Part shown: positions 11,015-23,833 of the stretch, piece by piece
Layout: each line of letters begins with the position of its first letter
Position numbering within the stretch: the stretch's first letter is position 1
Assembly: GCA_951406725.2 (NCBI GenBank)
Contig: OX597820.1
Coordinates: 13,888,001-13,952,000 of the forward strand
DNA from: Octopus vulgaris
Taxonomy: Eukaryota
DNA: 64,000 nt
Direction of reading: 5' to 3'
The notes under the pieces: model-generated
Told to the model about the DNA's origin: nothing
What the model saw: only the letters and a program-made list of their open reading frames with translations
Databases searched by the model: none
Program-made: the position numbers and the translations under genes

Positions 11015-11420
11015 TCATCATCATCATCATCGTTTAACGTCCGCTTTCCATGCTAGCATGGGTTGGATGAATGACTGAGGGCTGGTGAACCAGATGGCTG
11101 CACCAGGCTTCAATCTTGATCTGGCAGAGTTTCTACAGCTGGATGCCCTTCCTTACACCAACCACTCCGAGAGTGTAGTGGGTGCTTTTACGTGCCACCA
11201 GCACGGGGCCAGTCAGGCGGTACTGGCTACGACCTCACTCAAATCTTTTACACATGCCACCGGCACATGTGCCAATAAGGCGATACTGGTAACGATCACA
11301 CTCGAATGGTGTCTTTTACGTGCCACCAGCATAGGGGCCAGATAGCCGCTCCGGCAATGATCATGTTCGGATGGTGCTCTTTAAGGCGACACTGGTAACG
11401 ATCATGCTCGAATGGTGCCT
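11015..11420 (-). mobile_element. 5'-truncated RTE LINE 3' UTR copy
   Basis: (GAT)n tail and TGGTTGGCATTAGGAAGGGCATCCAGCTGTAGAAAC-type block, which is contiguous with RTE coding sequence at 42577-43690. Other approximate copies: 20940-21360(-), 23930-24600(-), 29740-29945(-), 35165-35420(+), 37015-37710(-), 39190-39345(-), 44400-44670(-), 47075-47250(+), 56305-56920(-). Confidence 0.8.
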
Positions 11421-11722
11421 TTTCATAGAATGGTGCCTTTCATAGAAAGTATTCTAAGGCAGTGAAAAGAACAAACAAAAAAACAAACAAAAAAAATGAA
11501 TATTTTGTATGACACCCAGTTGTAGACAACAAAACCTACCTCATGTATTCTTTTGGTAACTGTGGTTAACATCAAGTTCACAAGAACATTGTTCAAGTGG
11601 GGATCTTTTCGATCTGGCTGCTGTACACATAACATGCCTCATCTTTTCACACACATATGCCCCTTCTTACATAATTTTTTGTATAACACCCTTTTCTTGA
11701 AGGTACGGTACAGTATCCTTCC

Positions 11723-12092
11723 CTGTTCTATACTTAAGAGATGAGGAATTATGTACATTATTTACTTTATTTACATTTGACATATTTTTCCTCATCTTGT
11801 TTGTTGTTAACACAATGTTTCGGCTGATAAACCCTCCAGCATTCACCAGGTATCTTGGGGAAATTTTGAACCTGGGTTCTCATTCCTAAGGTATTTTTCG
11901 ATCTTCTTCTTCTTCTTATTATTATTATTCAGGTCACTGCCTGGAATCGAACTCGGAATCTTGGGGTTAGTAGCCCGTGCTCTTAAACACTACGCCACTA
12001 CCTGGCTTGAATATAATGACACCAGCCCACAGGTATATGGCATAGTGCTTAAGAGCGCAGGCTACTAACCCCAAGATTTCGAGTTCGATTCC
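11723..12092. mobile_element. Palindromic tRNA-head/hammerhead element, copy 1 (right arm truncated)
   Basis: Full minus-strand arm at 11723-11997 and a plus-strand head at about 12025-12092, fused at the B box to a family A SINE body. Confidence 0.75.
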
Positions 12093-12795
12093 ACCGAGGT
12101 CAACTTTGCCTTTCATTTTTTCCAGGTTCAATAAAATAAATACTAGTTGAGCACTGAGGTTGATGTAATCGATTTACGCCCTTCCAAAAATTTTGGGCCT
12201 TGTGCTTGCAATAGAAAGGACTAAGACCTGCAAAAGGCAGCAAGTTGGCAGAATTGGCAACACACTGAACAAAATACTTAGTGGCATTTCGCCCGTCTTC
12301 ATGTTCTCAGTTCAAATGCCACTGAGGTTGGCTTTACCTTTCATACTTTCCATTCTTTCAGGGTCAATGAAATAAGTACCAGTCAAATACTGGGGTCGAT
12401 GTAATCGACCTACCCCCTCCCCTCAAAAACTACTGGCCAAAATTTGAAATCATCATTGAAGACCAACCAAAGGTGGTGAACTGGCACCACACCGAATGAA
12501 ATGCTTGGTGGTATCTCATTCGAGATGGCAGAAACGTTAGCACGCCGGGCGAAATGCTTAATGGTATTTCGTCTGTCTTTACGTTCTGAGTTCAAATTCC
12601 GCCGAGGTCAACTTTGCTTTTCATCCTTTCGGGGTCGATTAAATAAGTACCAGTTATGTACTGAGGCTGATATAATTGACTTAATCCATTTGTCCTCTCT
12701 GTGATTAGCCTCTTGTGGGTAGTAAAGAAATAGGTATATCATTTGTCTTTACATTCTCAGTTCAAATTCTAGCGAGGTTGACTTTGCCCTTCACC

Positions 12796-12944
12796 CAGCA
12801 CCAGCTCAAGGTACCGGCAACTCGAGTAGTCGCCCAGGGTGCCAAGGAGGGCATGACAAATACAAGGAAATTTCCAAGATTGTTACCTTGTACATGATGA
12901 AGTTCAGCTTGCCTGGAGCGCCAGCAACGCTAGGGCTGGCCCTG
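12796..12944. mobile_element. hAT-type MITE nested in a family A SINE
   Basis: CAG...CCCTG termini and a perfect 8-bp TSD CCTTCACC (12788-95, 12945-52). Confidence 0.8.
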
Positions 12945-14529
12945 CCTTCACCCTTTCAAGGTCAATAAGAAAAGTACAAGTCAAGTACCAAGATCGATGT
13001 AATTGACTTTCCCCTCCCTTCAAAAACTGCTCATCCTGTGCCAAAATTTGTAACCCACATTTAAGACCTACCACTATATTCTACTCTAGGCACAAGGCCT
13101 GAAATTTTGGGGGAGGTAGCTAGTCAATTAGATCAACCCTTGGTACTTAATTTATTGATCCCGAAAGGATGAAAAGCAAAGTCAACTTCAGTGGAATTTG
13201 AACTTAGAACGTAAAGACAGACGAAATACCACCAAGCATTTTGCGTAGTGCGCTAACGTCTCTACCAGCTTGCTGTCTTATTTAAGATGTACTATTGTGC
13301 AGGATATTTTGCTTGGCCTGAAGTTACAAAATATTTCAGACCCACAGATAACTTGCTGTGGTAGACATATTCACGTGAATAATATAATATAATTATAATA
13401 TATAGGTGTAGGAGTCACTGTGTGGTAAGTAGCTTGCTTACCAACCACATGGTTCTGGGTTCAGTCCCACTGCAAGCGTCTTCTACTATAGCCTCGGGCC
13501 GACCAAAGCCTTGTGAGTGGATTTGGTGGACAGAAACTGAAAGAAGCCCATTGTATATATGTATGTGTGTGTATATGTTTGTGTGTCTGTGTTTGTCCCC
13601 CTCAACATCACTTGACAACCAATGCTGGTGTGTTTATGTCCCCATAACTTAGCGGTTCGGTAGAAGAGACTGATAGAATAAGTACTAGGCTTACAAAGAA
13701 TAAGTCCTGGGGATGATTTGCTCGACTAAAGGCAGTGCTCCAGCATGGCCCCAGTCAAATGATTGAAACAAGTAAAAGAGTAAAAAAGAGTAAAAGAGAG
13801 TATATTTATCAGTGATAATCTTTAAAAACTATTTTGCGTATTTACAAAATTATTTCCTTCACTCTTTTTTTACTTGTTTCAGTCATTTGACTGCAGCCAT
13901 GCTGGAGCACCGCCTCTAGTTGAATAAATCAACCTCAGAACTTATTCTTTGCAAGCATAGTACTTATTCTATCGGCGTCTTTTGCTGAAGTGCTAAGTTA
14001 TGGGAACATAAACACACTCACATGCACATATCAAAATAAGCAACAAGGATATCCAGAGGTAATGTAGTACAATCATTTCAAGTGACTCAATTTAATTGAA
14101 CAATGCAACCATTACAATTTAAATGCAGGGCAATCCTCAGTTGCATAAATACATAGAATTGAATTAAATTAAAACAGATGGACACATTAGTATGATTTTA
14201 CCTATCACCTCCAAGAAGGTAAGGAGATAGACAAAGATCATGCTGTCTTCACTTCAGCCTAGAAGCTACTAAGGTATTAGGAAGAATGACTTGTTAGGGA
14301 TCTAGCTTATCACTGCTTTTTGGGGTCAGTTTTAATTTATAGTCTTGTTTATCAAATCTTTGTATATCAAAATCTAAGGCCAAAGAACAAGGAGCAGTGT
14401 ATACATATATATATATATATATATATGACAAGCTTCTTTCAGTTTCCGTCTACCAAATCTGCACACAAGGCTTTGGTCAGCCCAAGGCTATAGTAAAGAC
14501 ACTTGCCCAAGGTGCCATGCAGTGTGACT

Positions 14530-15181
14530 TGTAAGGGTGTAGCTTGACCCTGCTTGAGACTTAAAAGCAAATCCACTGGCTTGTTGCTTGTAGAAAGGAG
14601 CGGGAAATCCTCAACACTAGATGATTGAGGTGGAAACACTCCACTCCCTAAGACCTGTACTGGTCAAGGAAAGGTCAGTCCTTTGTTTAAAGTTTGACCT
14701 ACATTACTGACCATAGTCTATATAACAGAGAGAATTTTCCACCTCTTCCCCTTTTGTGTCAGCCAGACCAAGGAGCAACTCTTTATTTTGCATCAGCCTT
14801 AACCAAGAGCAGCACTTCCCTTTGCCCTTCACGTGAAGAAAGGCGATGACGCCTTTATCCTGTCTTCCTTTCTAGTCAGTACCATAACTACCTTATTCTT
14901 TCCCTCTCTACTGACAGACAACCTTTTTCTACATACCAACTACTAACCAGCAAGTCATCCTTGTCACCACTATCACTAGAATTGCTAATGTCTCTGTAGC
15001 AACCTGTCAGGTAAAGGAATAAATATATGTAAATTACATTTCTTCCTTCTTGGAGTTAATTCTTCGATGTTCACTGGTTACTCCAACGCGAGAACCTTGA
15101 AGTGTTACATCTATACACTACATTTAGTAGTGGGCTGCATCGTATCGGATTGATATGGCACACCACTACCAACCCGCTACA
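14530..15181 (+). mobile_element. Solo LTR (Gypsy-like)
   Basis: TGTAAGGG...CCCGCTACA termini, internal TATA-like and AATAAA motifs, 4-bp TSD GACT/GATT. It splits a family B SINE within its B box. Confidence 0.8.
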
Positions 15182-15671
15182 GATTGAACCTGGAACCATG
15201 TGGTTGGTAAGCAAGCTAATAACCACAGCCACTTTTGCCCTTATTGTTATTTTAAATCATTTAAAAATCAAATTCTGCTGCTATGGCTGTGTAGTTAAGA
15301 AGCTCGGTTTGCTAGCAGATTGTTTCAGGTTCAATCCCAGAGCTTGGCAGGGCAAGTGTCCTCTACTGTAGCCCATGCCCGATAAATTCCTTATGATCGA
15401 ATTTAGTATACGGAAACTGTGTGGAAACCCGTCCTATATGTGTGTGTGTCTTTGTGTCTGTGCTTGTGCCCCACCCCACTTGGTAACTGGTGTCGGTGTG
15501 TTTATGTCCTTGTAAATTGGCAGTTCATCATAAGAGACTGATAGAATAAGTACCGGCTTTAAATATATAGGTACTGGGGTCGATTCGTCTGACTAAAATT
15601 CTTGAAGGCAGTACCCCAGCATGGCTGTAGTCTAACGACTGAAACAAGTAAAAGATAATGTATGTATGTAT

Positions 15672-15995
<324 letters not shown>

Positions 15996-16569
15996 ACACA
16001 CGCACAGTTCATCGACCGCTTAATATATTTTACTATAGACCTATGCGTATTTAAGGTATTTGACTGCTACTGTTTTCCACCACTCAGATAAAATCAGTTA
16101 CACCGGTGATAATAAATAAGTTTCAAAATGGAAAAAAATTTGAACGAGGATGTTTAATTTTTCAAAATGTTTAAACGTATTTGTGTGTAAATAAATAAGT
16201 AGAGTTTGGGTACTGTGGTCGATGTAACCGTCTAACCCACTTAACACTAAATTTCAGGCCTTTTGTTTGTATTAGAAGGGATTTATATAGTAATTAATAA
16301 AAGATTTCGCGACTTTTTCTCTCATAGATAATTCCTTGTACCACTTATCAATATGACCTAATAACAGAGAGAGAGAGAGAGAGAGGGAGGGGGGAGAGAG
16401 AAAGAGAAGTAGGGATATAAAGTGAAGTGAATGAGAAATATATAGTTTTACTATAAAGAGAAAAAGGGGGGGAGCAAAAAAATGCGAAATAAATGAAATG
16501 AAATAAATAAGAGGTTTGTGTTTTGTCTGATTTTGCTGTTCGTCATGGGACAATGTGAGGTTTTAGTAA

Positions 16570-16640
16570 TGGAACCGGAAATAAACAGTCCGTCGTAGTT
16601 TTGACAACCGGAAGTTACCTTGTACTAGTAACATGGCTTC
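16570..16640 (+). promoter_or_regulatory. Putative TATA-less housekeeping promoter of TMEM41B
   Basis: ETS-type motifs ACCGGAAAT (16574-82) and ACCGGAAGT (16607-15), plus a YY1-like AACATGGC over the start codon. CpGs are retained locally. Confidence 0.6.
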
Positions 16641-16696
16641 AGCTGTGGTGGACACGTCTGATCTAGCCTCCCGAGGAAGGATTTTAGCTAATTCAG
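16633..16696 (+). CDS. TMEM41B: TMEM41B coding exon 1 (MASAVVDTSDLASRGRILANS + G)
   Basis: ATG at 16633 directly follows two ETS-type motifs in a CpG-retaining region. Donor CAG|GTAGGA at 16697. The 64-nt exon (phase 1) joins exon 2 in frame (G+AA=Glu). The peptide is not recognisably conserved, so the call rests on promoter context and phase. Confidence 0.7.
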
Positions 16697-18553
16697 GTAG
16701 GAATTCAGACCGTTTTATCTGTGAAAAAACGATCCTCTTTCATATCCAGGCTTATATTATATGTCAACGGGTTATCTATCTGTATGGTTTTGTTGTAATG
16801 CGTTGGCAAACATGGTTGTTATCCGTTCTTCTTTCTCTCTTTCTCAGAGCAGAACCAGTTGCAGCGACGACGAATTAAACTTGTTTAATATAAAATGTTA
16901 TCACGCCACTTCTTGTTAACACCTGATCAGCTTCATTCGACCACACACACACACACAGATACACGAACACTCTCACACACACACACACACACGTAAATTC
17001 CCCAAATATATATTCCAGCCCCGAATATCTAATCATTATTATGTCACTTCCTTTTAACACCGAAATTACCTTTATATCATTAATTATTATAATATTAACG
17101 CCTCTAAATTCCTCTGGGAATGGCATGAGAGCCGCTACAACCCTCTAATTCTTTCCCCCTCTGACATTTAATTTAATTTTGAGGCTTCGTGATTAACAAA
17201 GAATTAATCGTTCAACGAATATTAAAATTATAATCGGAAGCAGTAAATTAAATTCTATTCAATTTCTATTTCTTTACTACCCACAAGGGGCTAAACATAG
17301 AGGGGACAAACAAGGACAGACATAGGTATTAAGTCGATTATATCGACCCCAGTACGTAACTGGTACTTATTTTATCGACCCCGAAAGGATGAAAGGCAAA
17401 GTCGTCCTCGGCGGATTTCCACACCTCTTTAATAAATAATTATGTGGCCTTTTTGTCTACGTAATAAGGCATTATTTCTCGCTTTCGTATTTTAATCGCA
17501 TTGATGTCGAATTAACATTTTATTTCTGCGGGATCGATAAAAATCCACACTCGCTTCACTTAATTCTGTTTTATATATTATTACACTGTCCTTACAAACT
17601 ACTATTTTCTTTTTTTTATTTCTCTCGCCGAGCTTAATAATCTCATTGATAAGAACCGTTTGTTTCAAACACTCCCTAACATGCACACATGTATATCTAT
17701 CTACATATATATCTACTCACACACACACACACATATATATGTATATATATATATATGTATATCTATCTATATATATATGTATATATATCTATCTATCTAT
17801 ATATATATATATACAAATATTCTGTATTCAATAGATCATCTTATTTCTAAACAGATACGGTTCTTTGGTGTCTTTGTTCGCTCAACTTTGTACCAAACTG
17901 ACACCAACTCTATAACTTCGTTGTATGACACATGTTGCATAATGTTTATAGTTTTGTTGGCAAAGTTACTCTCAAGAATTCGTTTTTAGATTTTCTTTTT
18001 AATTTCTTGCAGTTACAAATCGTAATTTTTTCTGTTGCACTCCTCTGTAGTTGCGTACTCTAATTATTGTATACATTTTATAATTAAAATGCCATGTATG
18101 TGTGAGCGACATCAACATCGCTGTATTAGTTTCTCTGATAAGTCTAACGTTTCATTCATATTCAACAAGCACAGTGGCTGATATGAATGAACCCACACGT
18201 TATATTCACATGTGGAGATATCCAAGATATACCCAGGTACAAACACGATATTTACGTACATGCGTACTCGAATACACAAAGTACTTGCATTATGGATTAC
18301 TTAACAAAAGAGTCTTCAGCTGATCGTGTATATCCTGCTAGAATTAGCACCGAAATCTCCCCTTACATTACACCGGACCGACCGTCTTAAATAAGGAAGG
18401 GACACACTGTAAATAAAAAATAATTTAATTATAGGCGAAGTTTCGGATCTGCACCGTTGGTGCATATGTCCGTGACAGCAAACATTCGAACGATACACAT
18501 GTTTCCACAATGTGGTCATGGCTAGAATGCCTTTGATTATTATAGGCCTAGTC

Positions 18554-18732
18554 CAGTGCTTTTCAAACTTTTTGCTGGAGCGGAACCCCAAGGAAACATT
18601 CCACTGGCTCGAGGAACCCCTGTGCAATAATTTAATACTTTTATTCACACATACCTGCACAGGAGAATTAAAAATTACTGCCGATTTTAGCAGTTTTGTA
18701 ACTTCTTGCGGAACCCTGGTTGAAAACCACTG
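18554..18732. mobile_element. hAT (Charlie-like) MITE
   Basis: TIRs CAGTGCTTTTCAA / TTGAAAACCACTG and a perfect 8-bp TSD GCCTAGTC. Confidence 0.9.
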
Positions 18733-19843
18733 GCCTAGTCTATCAAGGCTAACCTTGGGCTAAACAGTAATTGAATAATATATATATGCGCAATCACTGG
18801 CTAAAGTTTTGGACATATGTTGTGCCTCAGTAAATATGTGCGTTTTATAGTACTTTATAAGTTCTATGAAACGCACGTAAATTATGAGTGATCTGGAGAC
18901 CCAATTCACTATAACTTTTGTTAGTTGAATCATAATTAGCTTTTAATGATGTTTATAGCAATTATTTACAACAGAAAACGTACGCTGTCCCACTAAACAA
19001 ACGTAATTATTGTATTATATAATAATACTGGTTACAGGACTAGAATTCCACCGAAACGCAAGAGAGAATAATTACGAATGTCCTGAATAAATATTTTATC
19101 TTTCATAATGTGGAACACAATGAGATTAATTCATAACTTAGAAAAAGACAAACAACTTTGCATGCGTAACATTTGTGTAGTTCGAGTAGAGATGAATGAC
19201 CTGAGAGATAAGGAGCTGTCAGCCCAAGAGTAATAGGTTCAAATCCGCCACAGGTATTCAGTTATGTTTTGATAAGTAAATGAAGTCGCGTGGCTTAGTG
19301 GATAACGTGTTGCACTCAAGATCGCAAGATGGCGGTTTCGATTCCCTGACCAGGCGGTGCTTGGTGATCTTGCGCAAGATATGTCATTTTACACTGCTCT
19401 GGTCCACCCGGCGGTAAATGAATAACTTCTGCGACGGACTGGCGTCCCGTTTCGGGTGGTGGGGTGAGGGTGGGGTTGTGATCTCGGTCACTTGTACACC
19501 ATGCAAACTGGTTAACTGGGACTTGATGCAGTCATGTCCATGAGATGATGATGAACTAACTAATACCAGGCCATTTAACAGGCAAATTCTACGAGGAGTG
19601 ATTCATCGCTCATCTTGATTTAATCAATGAAATCATAGCTTTGGAGCTTAACCGGTGTTCATTAAGTCCTTTTCCCCTGTGTAACTGCAGGTACAATGCT
19701 TAGAAGATACGATGCAGGACCCTAATGATGTTTGACTGTCAGTTTATGACTGTTGTATTGTGGCCCTACACCTGACATTGCCTCAGCTGACGAAACGGAA
19801 GACTAATTCACTCCCTTTGTATACCTTTACTGCTGTCCTGCTC

Positions 19844-20386
19844 GCAAATTTTTTTTTCCACAAGAGTTCTGGACCCTAGTAATGAACTCATTTGCATACA
19901 GCCAATCAGAGCTCACCTTGACCATGTCAAGTTAACAAACACACTCTACTAAGTAAACTCAAGATGAAGAAAGTGTTGTAAGTCGACTGATCGCCAAATT
20001 ATGCCCGATTTTAGAAGGAGACAAGTAATTAGATAGATTTGCATCTATACCTATTATCGGATTTTGTTAGGGCCCCATATGATAAAAATGTGGATAGGAC
20101 AAGTGTGGGTAGAGGGCGATGTCCTAGCAACCCTCTCACCTTACTGTTTTACAAAGTAAACAACACCACAAATAACTACGCAGAGGCAGCCATGGTTGGA
20201 ACAAGAGCAACAAGAAGCCTTCTTAAAAAAGAAAAGAAGCAGGGTCATTCCTTACCCAAGTAACCCTATCGCCCATTATTTGTTATGCACTCATGAATTA
20301 GTTTGACAGTTGAGCTCTGATTGGCTGTATGCAAATGAGTTCATTGCTGGGGTCTGGAACTCTCTTGGGAAAGAAAAAAAATTTGT
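19844..20386. mobile_element. MULE-like MITE
   Basis: About 75-bp TIRs containing GAACTCATTTGCATACAGCCAATCAGAGCTCA. 9-bp TSD GTCCTGCTC / GTCCTGTTC. Confidence 0.8.
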
Positions 20387-20894
20387 GTCCTGTTCTGCCT
20401 GTAATTATATAAGATGACCTTAGTCTGAATCAGTGTTATTCAGGGTGAGGCTTGGGTTACTTCTGAAAGGGAATACAAGCAACAAATGACTAAGACTTGC
20501 ACTAAATTATTATTATCGACAAATTCTTTTGGTTTATAGGCGCAGTAGTGGCCGTGTGGCAAGTAGTTTGCTTGCAAACCACATGGTTCCAGGTTCAGTT
20601 CCTCTGTGTGGCACCTTGGGCAAGTGTCTTTTACTATAACCTCTGGTCAACCAAAGCCTTGTGAGTGAATTTGGTAGGTGGAAACTGAAAGAGGCCTGTC
20701 GTATATATATGTGTGTGTTTGGTTTGTGTGTCTGTGTTTGTCTTCTCACCATCGCTTGACAACCGATGTTGGTGTGTTTACATCCCCGTAACTTAGCTGT
20801 TTGGTAAAAGAAGCTGATAGAATAAGTCCTGGCAGTGCTCCAGCATGGTTGCAGTCAAATGACTGAAACAAATAAAAGAATAACAGAATATGTA

Positions 20895-20941
<47 letters not shown>

Positions 20942-22249
20942 CATCATCATCGTTTAACGTCCGTTTTCCATGCTGGCATGGGTTGGATGGTTCGACCGGG
21001 GTCTGGGAAGCCAAGAGGCTGCACCAGGCTCCATTCTGATCTGGCAGTGTTTCTACAGCTGGATGCCCTTCCTAACGCCAACCACTCCGTGAGTGTAGTG
21101 GGTGCTTTTTACATGCCACTGGCACAGGTGTCAGGGGAGGCTGGCAGTGGCCACGATTGGTCAGTGCTTTTTACGTGTTACCGTATGTGTTCCATGCTTG
21201 GATGGGTTGGACAGTTTGACAAGGATCAAATGAGTCCAAGGACCACATTGTGCTCCATTGTCAGCTTTGGCATGGCTTCTACAGCTGGATGTCCTTCCTA
21301 ACACCAACCACTTTACAGAGTGTACTGGGTGCTTTTTTTTCCATGCCACCAGCACCAATGAGGACACCATGTAGTTCACAAGTCAACAAACCCTAAGAGG
21401 AGTAACGTTACATCTAGAGCTGTGGAGTCAGAGTCAGAAACAATTAAAGGGTAGCTGGAGTCGGAGCTGGTAAAATATACCGCTATCACTTAATTACATA
21501 GAGGAGTGGGACTCAAAGATTTTTGTTTTGACCTTACAGCCTTGTCTACATCTATATGTTAGCATAGAAAACAGACGCTAAATGATGATGGTGATGGTGT
21601 ATAAAGATTATTTTGTGTAATCTAGTTTATTGCCATGTAAACAAAAATGTATGCCACATAGTCTTACTAATGTAGTAACTCTAAAGTATTTATAGATAAT
21701 ATAAGATGCGCAGGGAGGAGGAAATTCCATGTTTTGTTTGTTTAAAAGAATTTTTCAGATTTCAAAATCCTGTCTACAGAAGTTGATTTTTGTGCAGTTA
21801 ACAGAAAAACGTTGTTAATGTTTTAACTGCAGTTCTCACCCACACTACTATCACCATTTTGTTATTGTACAGTTTTGAATTTAGACTGGAGGCTGGAAAG
21901 GAAATGTAAGATGAAGTTGCTGAGATAAAGATGGGATAAACAATTGATGCAGATGAAGCTGTTTGGTTGAGAAGTTTGCTCTTCATCCATGTGGTTGTAG
22001 TCGTAGACATTAAGTGATGATGATGGTAAAACATCTGGTCACTTTACTAGTGGTGGGCAAGGCAAGAATGTTATTATAAGGGATGGTCAGCCAACAATTT
22101 ATCCTTTTTTGTACACAGGTGACACTTTCAGACTTAGGAATTTTCCTGATTCACTGCTGTCAATGTGTAAGAATTGTTGTATAAAATAAATCCCAAACAC
22201 TGAAGTTCTCAGCTTTGCTAGTTTGCCCAGCTTTGATACCATCTTGATA

Positions 22250-22835
22250 TAATCACAGCTTTGCCAGACAGGTCATGTTTGCATAGCAGGCCACCGACTC
22301 TCAAAGGGAACACCATAAAGGCAGATGCTTTCTGGGTGGCCAGAAAAATCACCTCAAAGACACTTTAAAAGCTTCTCTAAAGGCCTTCAACATCAGCCGT
22401 GTCACATTGGTGCAGGTAACTGAGGGCAGAAGCATGTGGCAATCAGATGTCTGCAAGGGCATGCATATCTGCAAAGCCAACAGGACTGCTGTTGTTGTTG
22501 TTGTTGTTAAGCAACAAGACGGGTAAGGGTAATTAGGTGATGGTCTAGGGCTTAGGGACGGGAGACCCCAGACCTTGGAAAAAAAAAAAACTGGTTGTCT
22601 TGTAGTCGGCTCTTTGTTGAAGCCCGACACCACTGGGAGGTGGTCCTCGGAGTCGCTGGAAATGGAGATCTCCAGGTCCAAATTCTTGAACGGCTACTGC
22701 TGCTGCTTAGCAATACAGATAGACCAGGAAAACCAGTGCCATCAAACCCCCAACGACCACCAACATTCCTTGTCGACACTGCCAGAGAACCTTCTGGGCA
22801 TGGCTTGGCCTGATCAGCCTGCAGTGCACATACAA
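22250..22835 (+). mobile_element. Degenerate RTE-BovB-like LINE C-terminus, interrupted at about 22490-22695
   Basis: Translates GGQKNHLKDTLKASLKAFNIS...WQSDVCKG...CKANRT. After the insert it reads IPCRHCQRTFWAWLGLIS, a terminal zinc-finger remnant. Confidence 0.7.
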
Positions 22836-23295
22836 CACCCAACCCCAACCCTAGAATGACTAGACCAGGGCTGGCCAACCTGAGGCCTGCAGGCCACATG
22901 CAGCCTGCAGGCTTTTATCTTGCAGCCTGCTTGATACGTTCTTGAAATGTGTTTATTTAAACAGACATTCTAAAAATTTCATCAAGAATTAAAGATTGCA
23001 ATGAAAAGTAAAACAGAAAGAGACTACTGTTTTGGCAACAACCATATTTCATGTTGAATCAACGGCCATTCCTTCGTTATTGTAATAATAGCATGAGAAA
23101 GCAAAATGCTTTCATTTCTGTCAGCAGTGATTATTTGACTATTAGTGCATAAAGTATACAAGCAGCCCTCAAAAAAATTTTCTTTGATTCAAGTGGCCTG
23201 CAAATTCTGACAAATGCACAGCATTGCATAAACCAGTTTGGTTAAAAACAATCATAATATTATTCTTGGGGTATTTTATTTCATGTGGCATTTAA

Positions 23296-23516
23296 CCCAT
23301 TAGCATTTAAACCGGCCATATCCGGCCAAAAGTATTCTGCCTGTTTTATGTTCAAACTGGCCAGATTTGGTCTCTTACACCAACCCTACAATATCGTTTT
23401 AAAAATTAACAGCTACCTCATCAAAATCTCATAGCTACAAGATAATGCATGATTAGTTCAAAACAATGTGGATGAAAAAGCATTAATTTTGGCAGAATAA
23501 TGCGAACACTAAAGGG
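23296..23516. mobile_element. piggyBac-type MITE
   Basis: TTAA|CCCATTAGC...CACTAAAGGG|TTAA. Confidence 0.85.
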
Positions 23517-23833
23517 TTAATGTTAGAGCTGGTAAGTTATGACTTTTAACTTGGTAGCAGTAAAACAAATATAAATGTACTATGAGAAGAAGTAAAAAGG
23601 AAACGTTAGTGTTTATAGAACTTAAAGTTTTGAAATTGCTACAGCCTGGTTTAAAATATTGACTTTACAGTCTGAAGTCAATAAATTGATTTTTACAATG
23701 ACAAATAGACAATAACCAAATATGTTAATTAAGAAAAGTTTTTTTGTGGCTTTGTGGTTAAGAAGCTTGCATTCCAACCATGTGGTTTCAGGTTCAGACA
23801 AGGTAAGCTAGAGATGACCAAGTCTATCTAGAG

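Noticed and set aside
19190-19256. tRNA gene (GGTTCAAATCC B box)
   Set aside because: No convincing cloverleaf. More likely a decayed SINE head.
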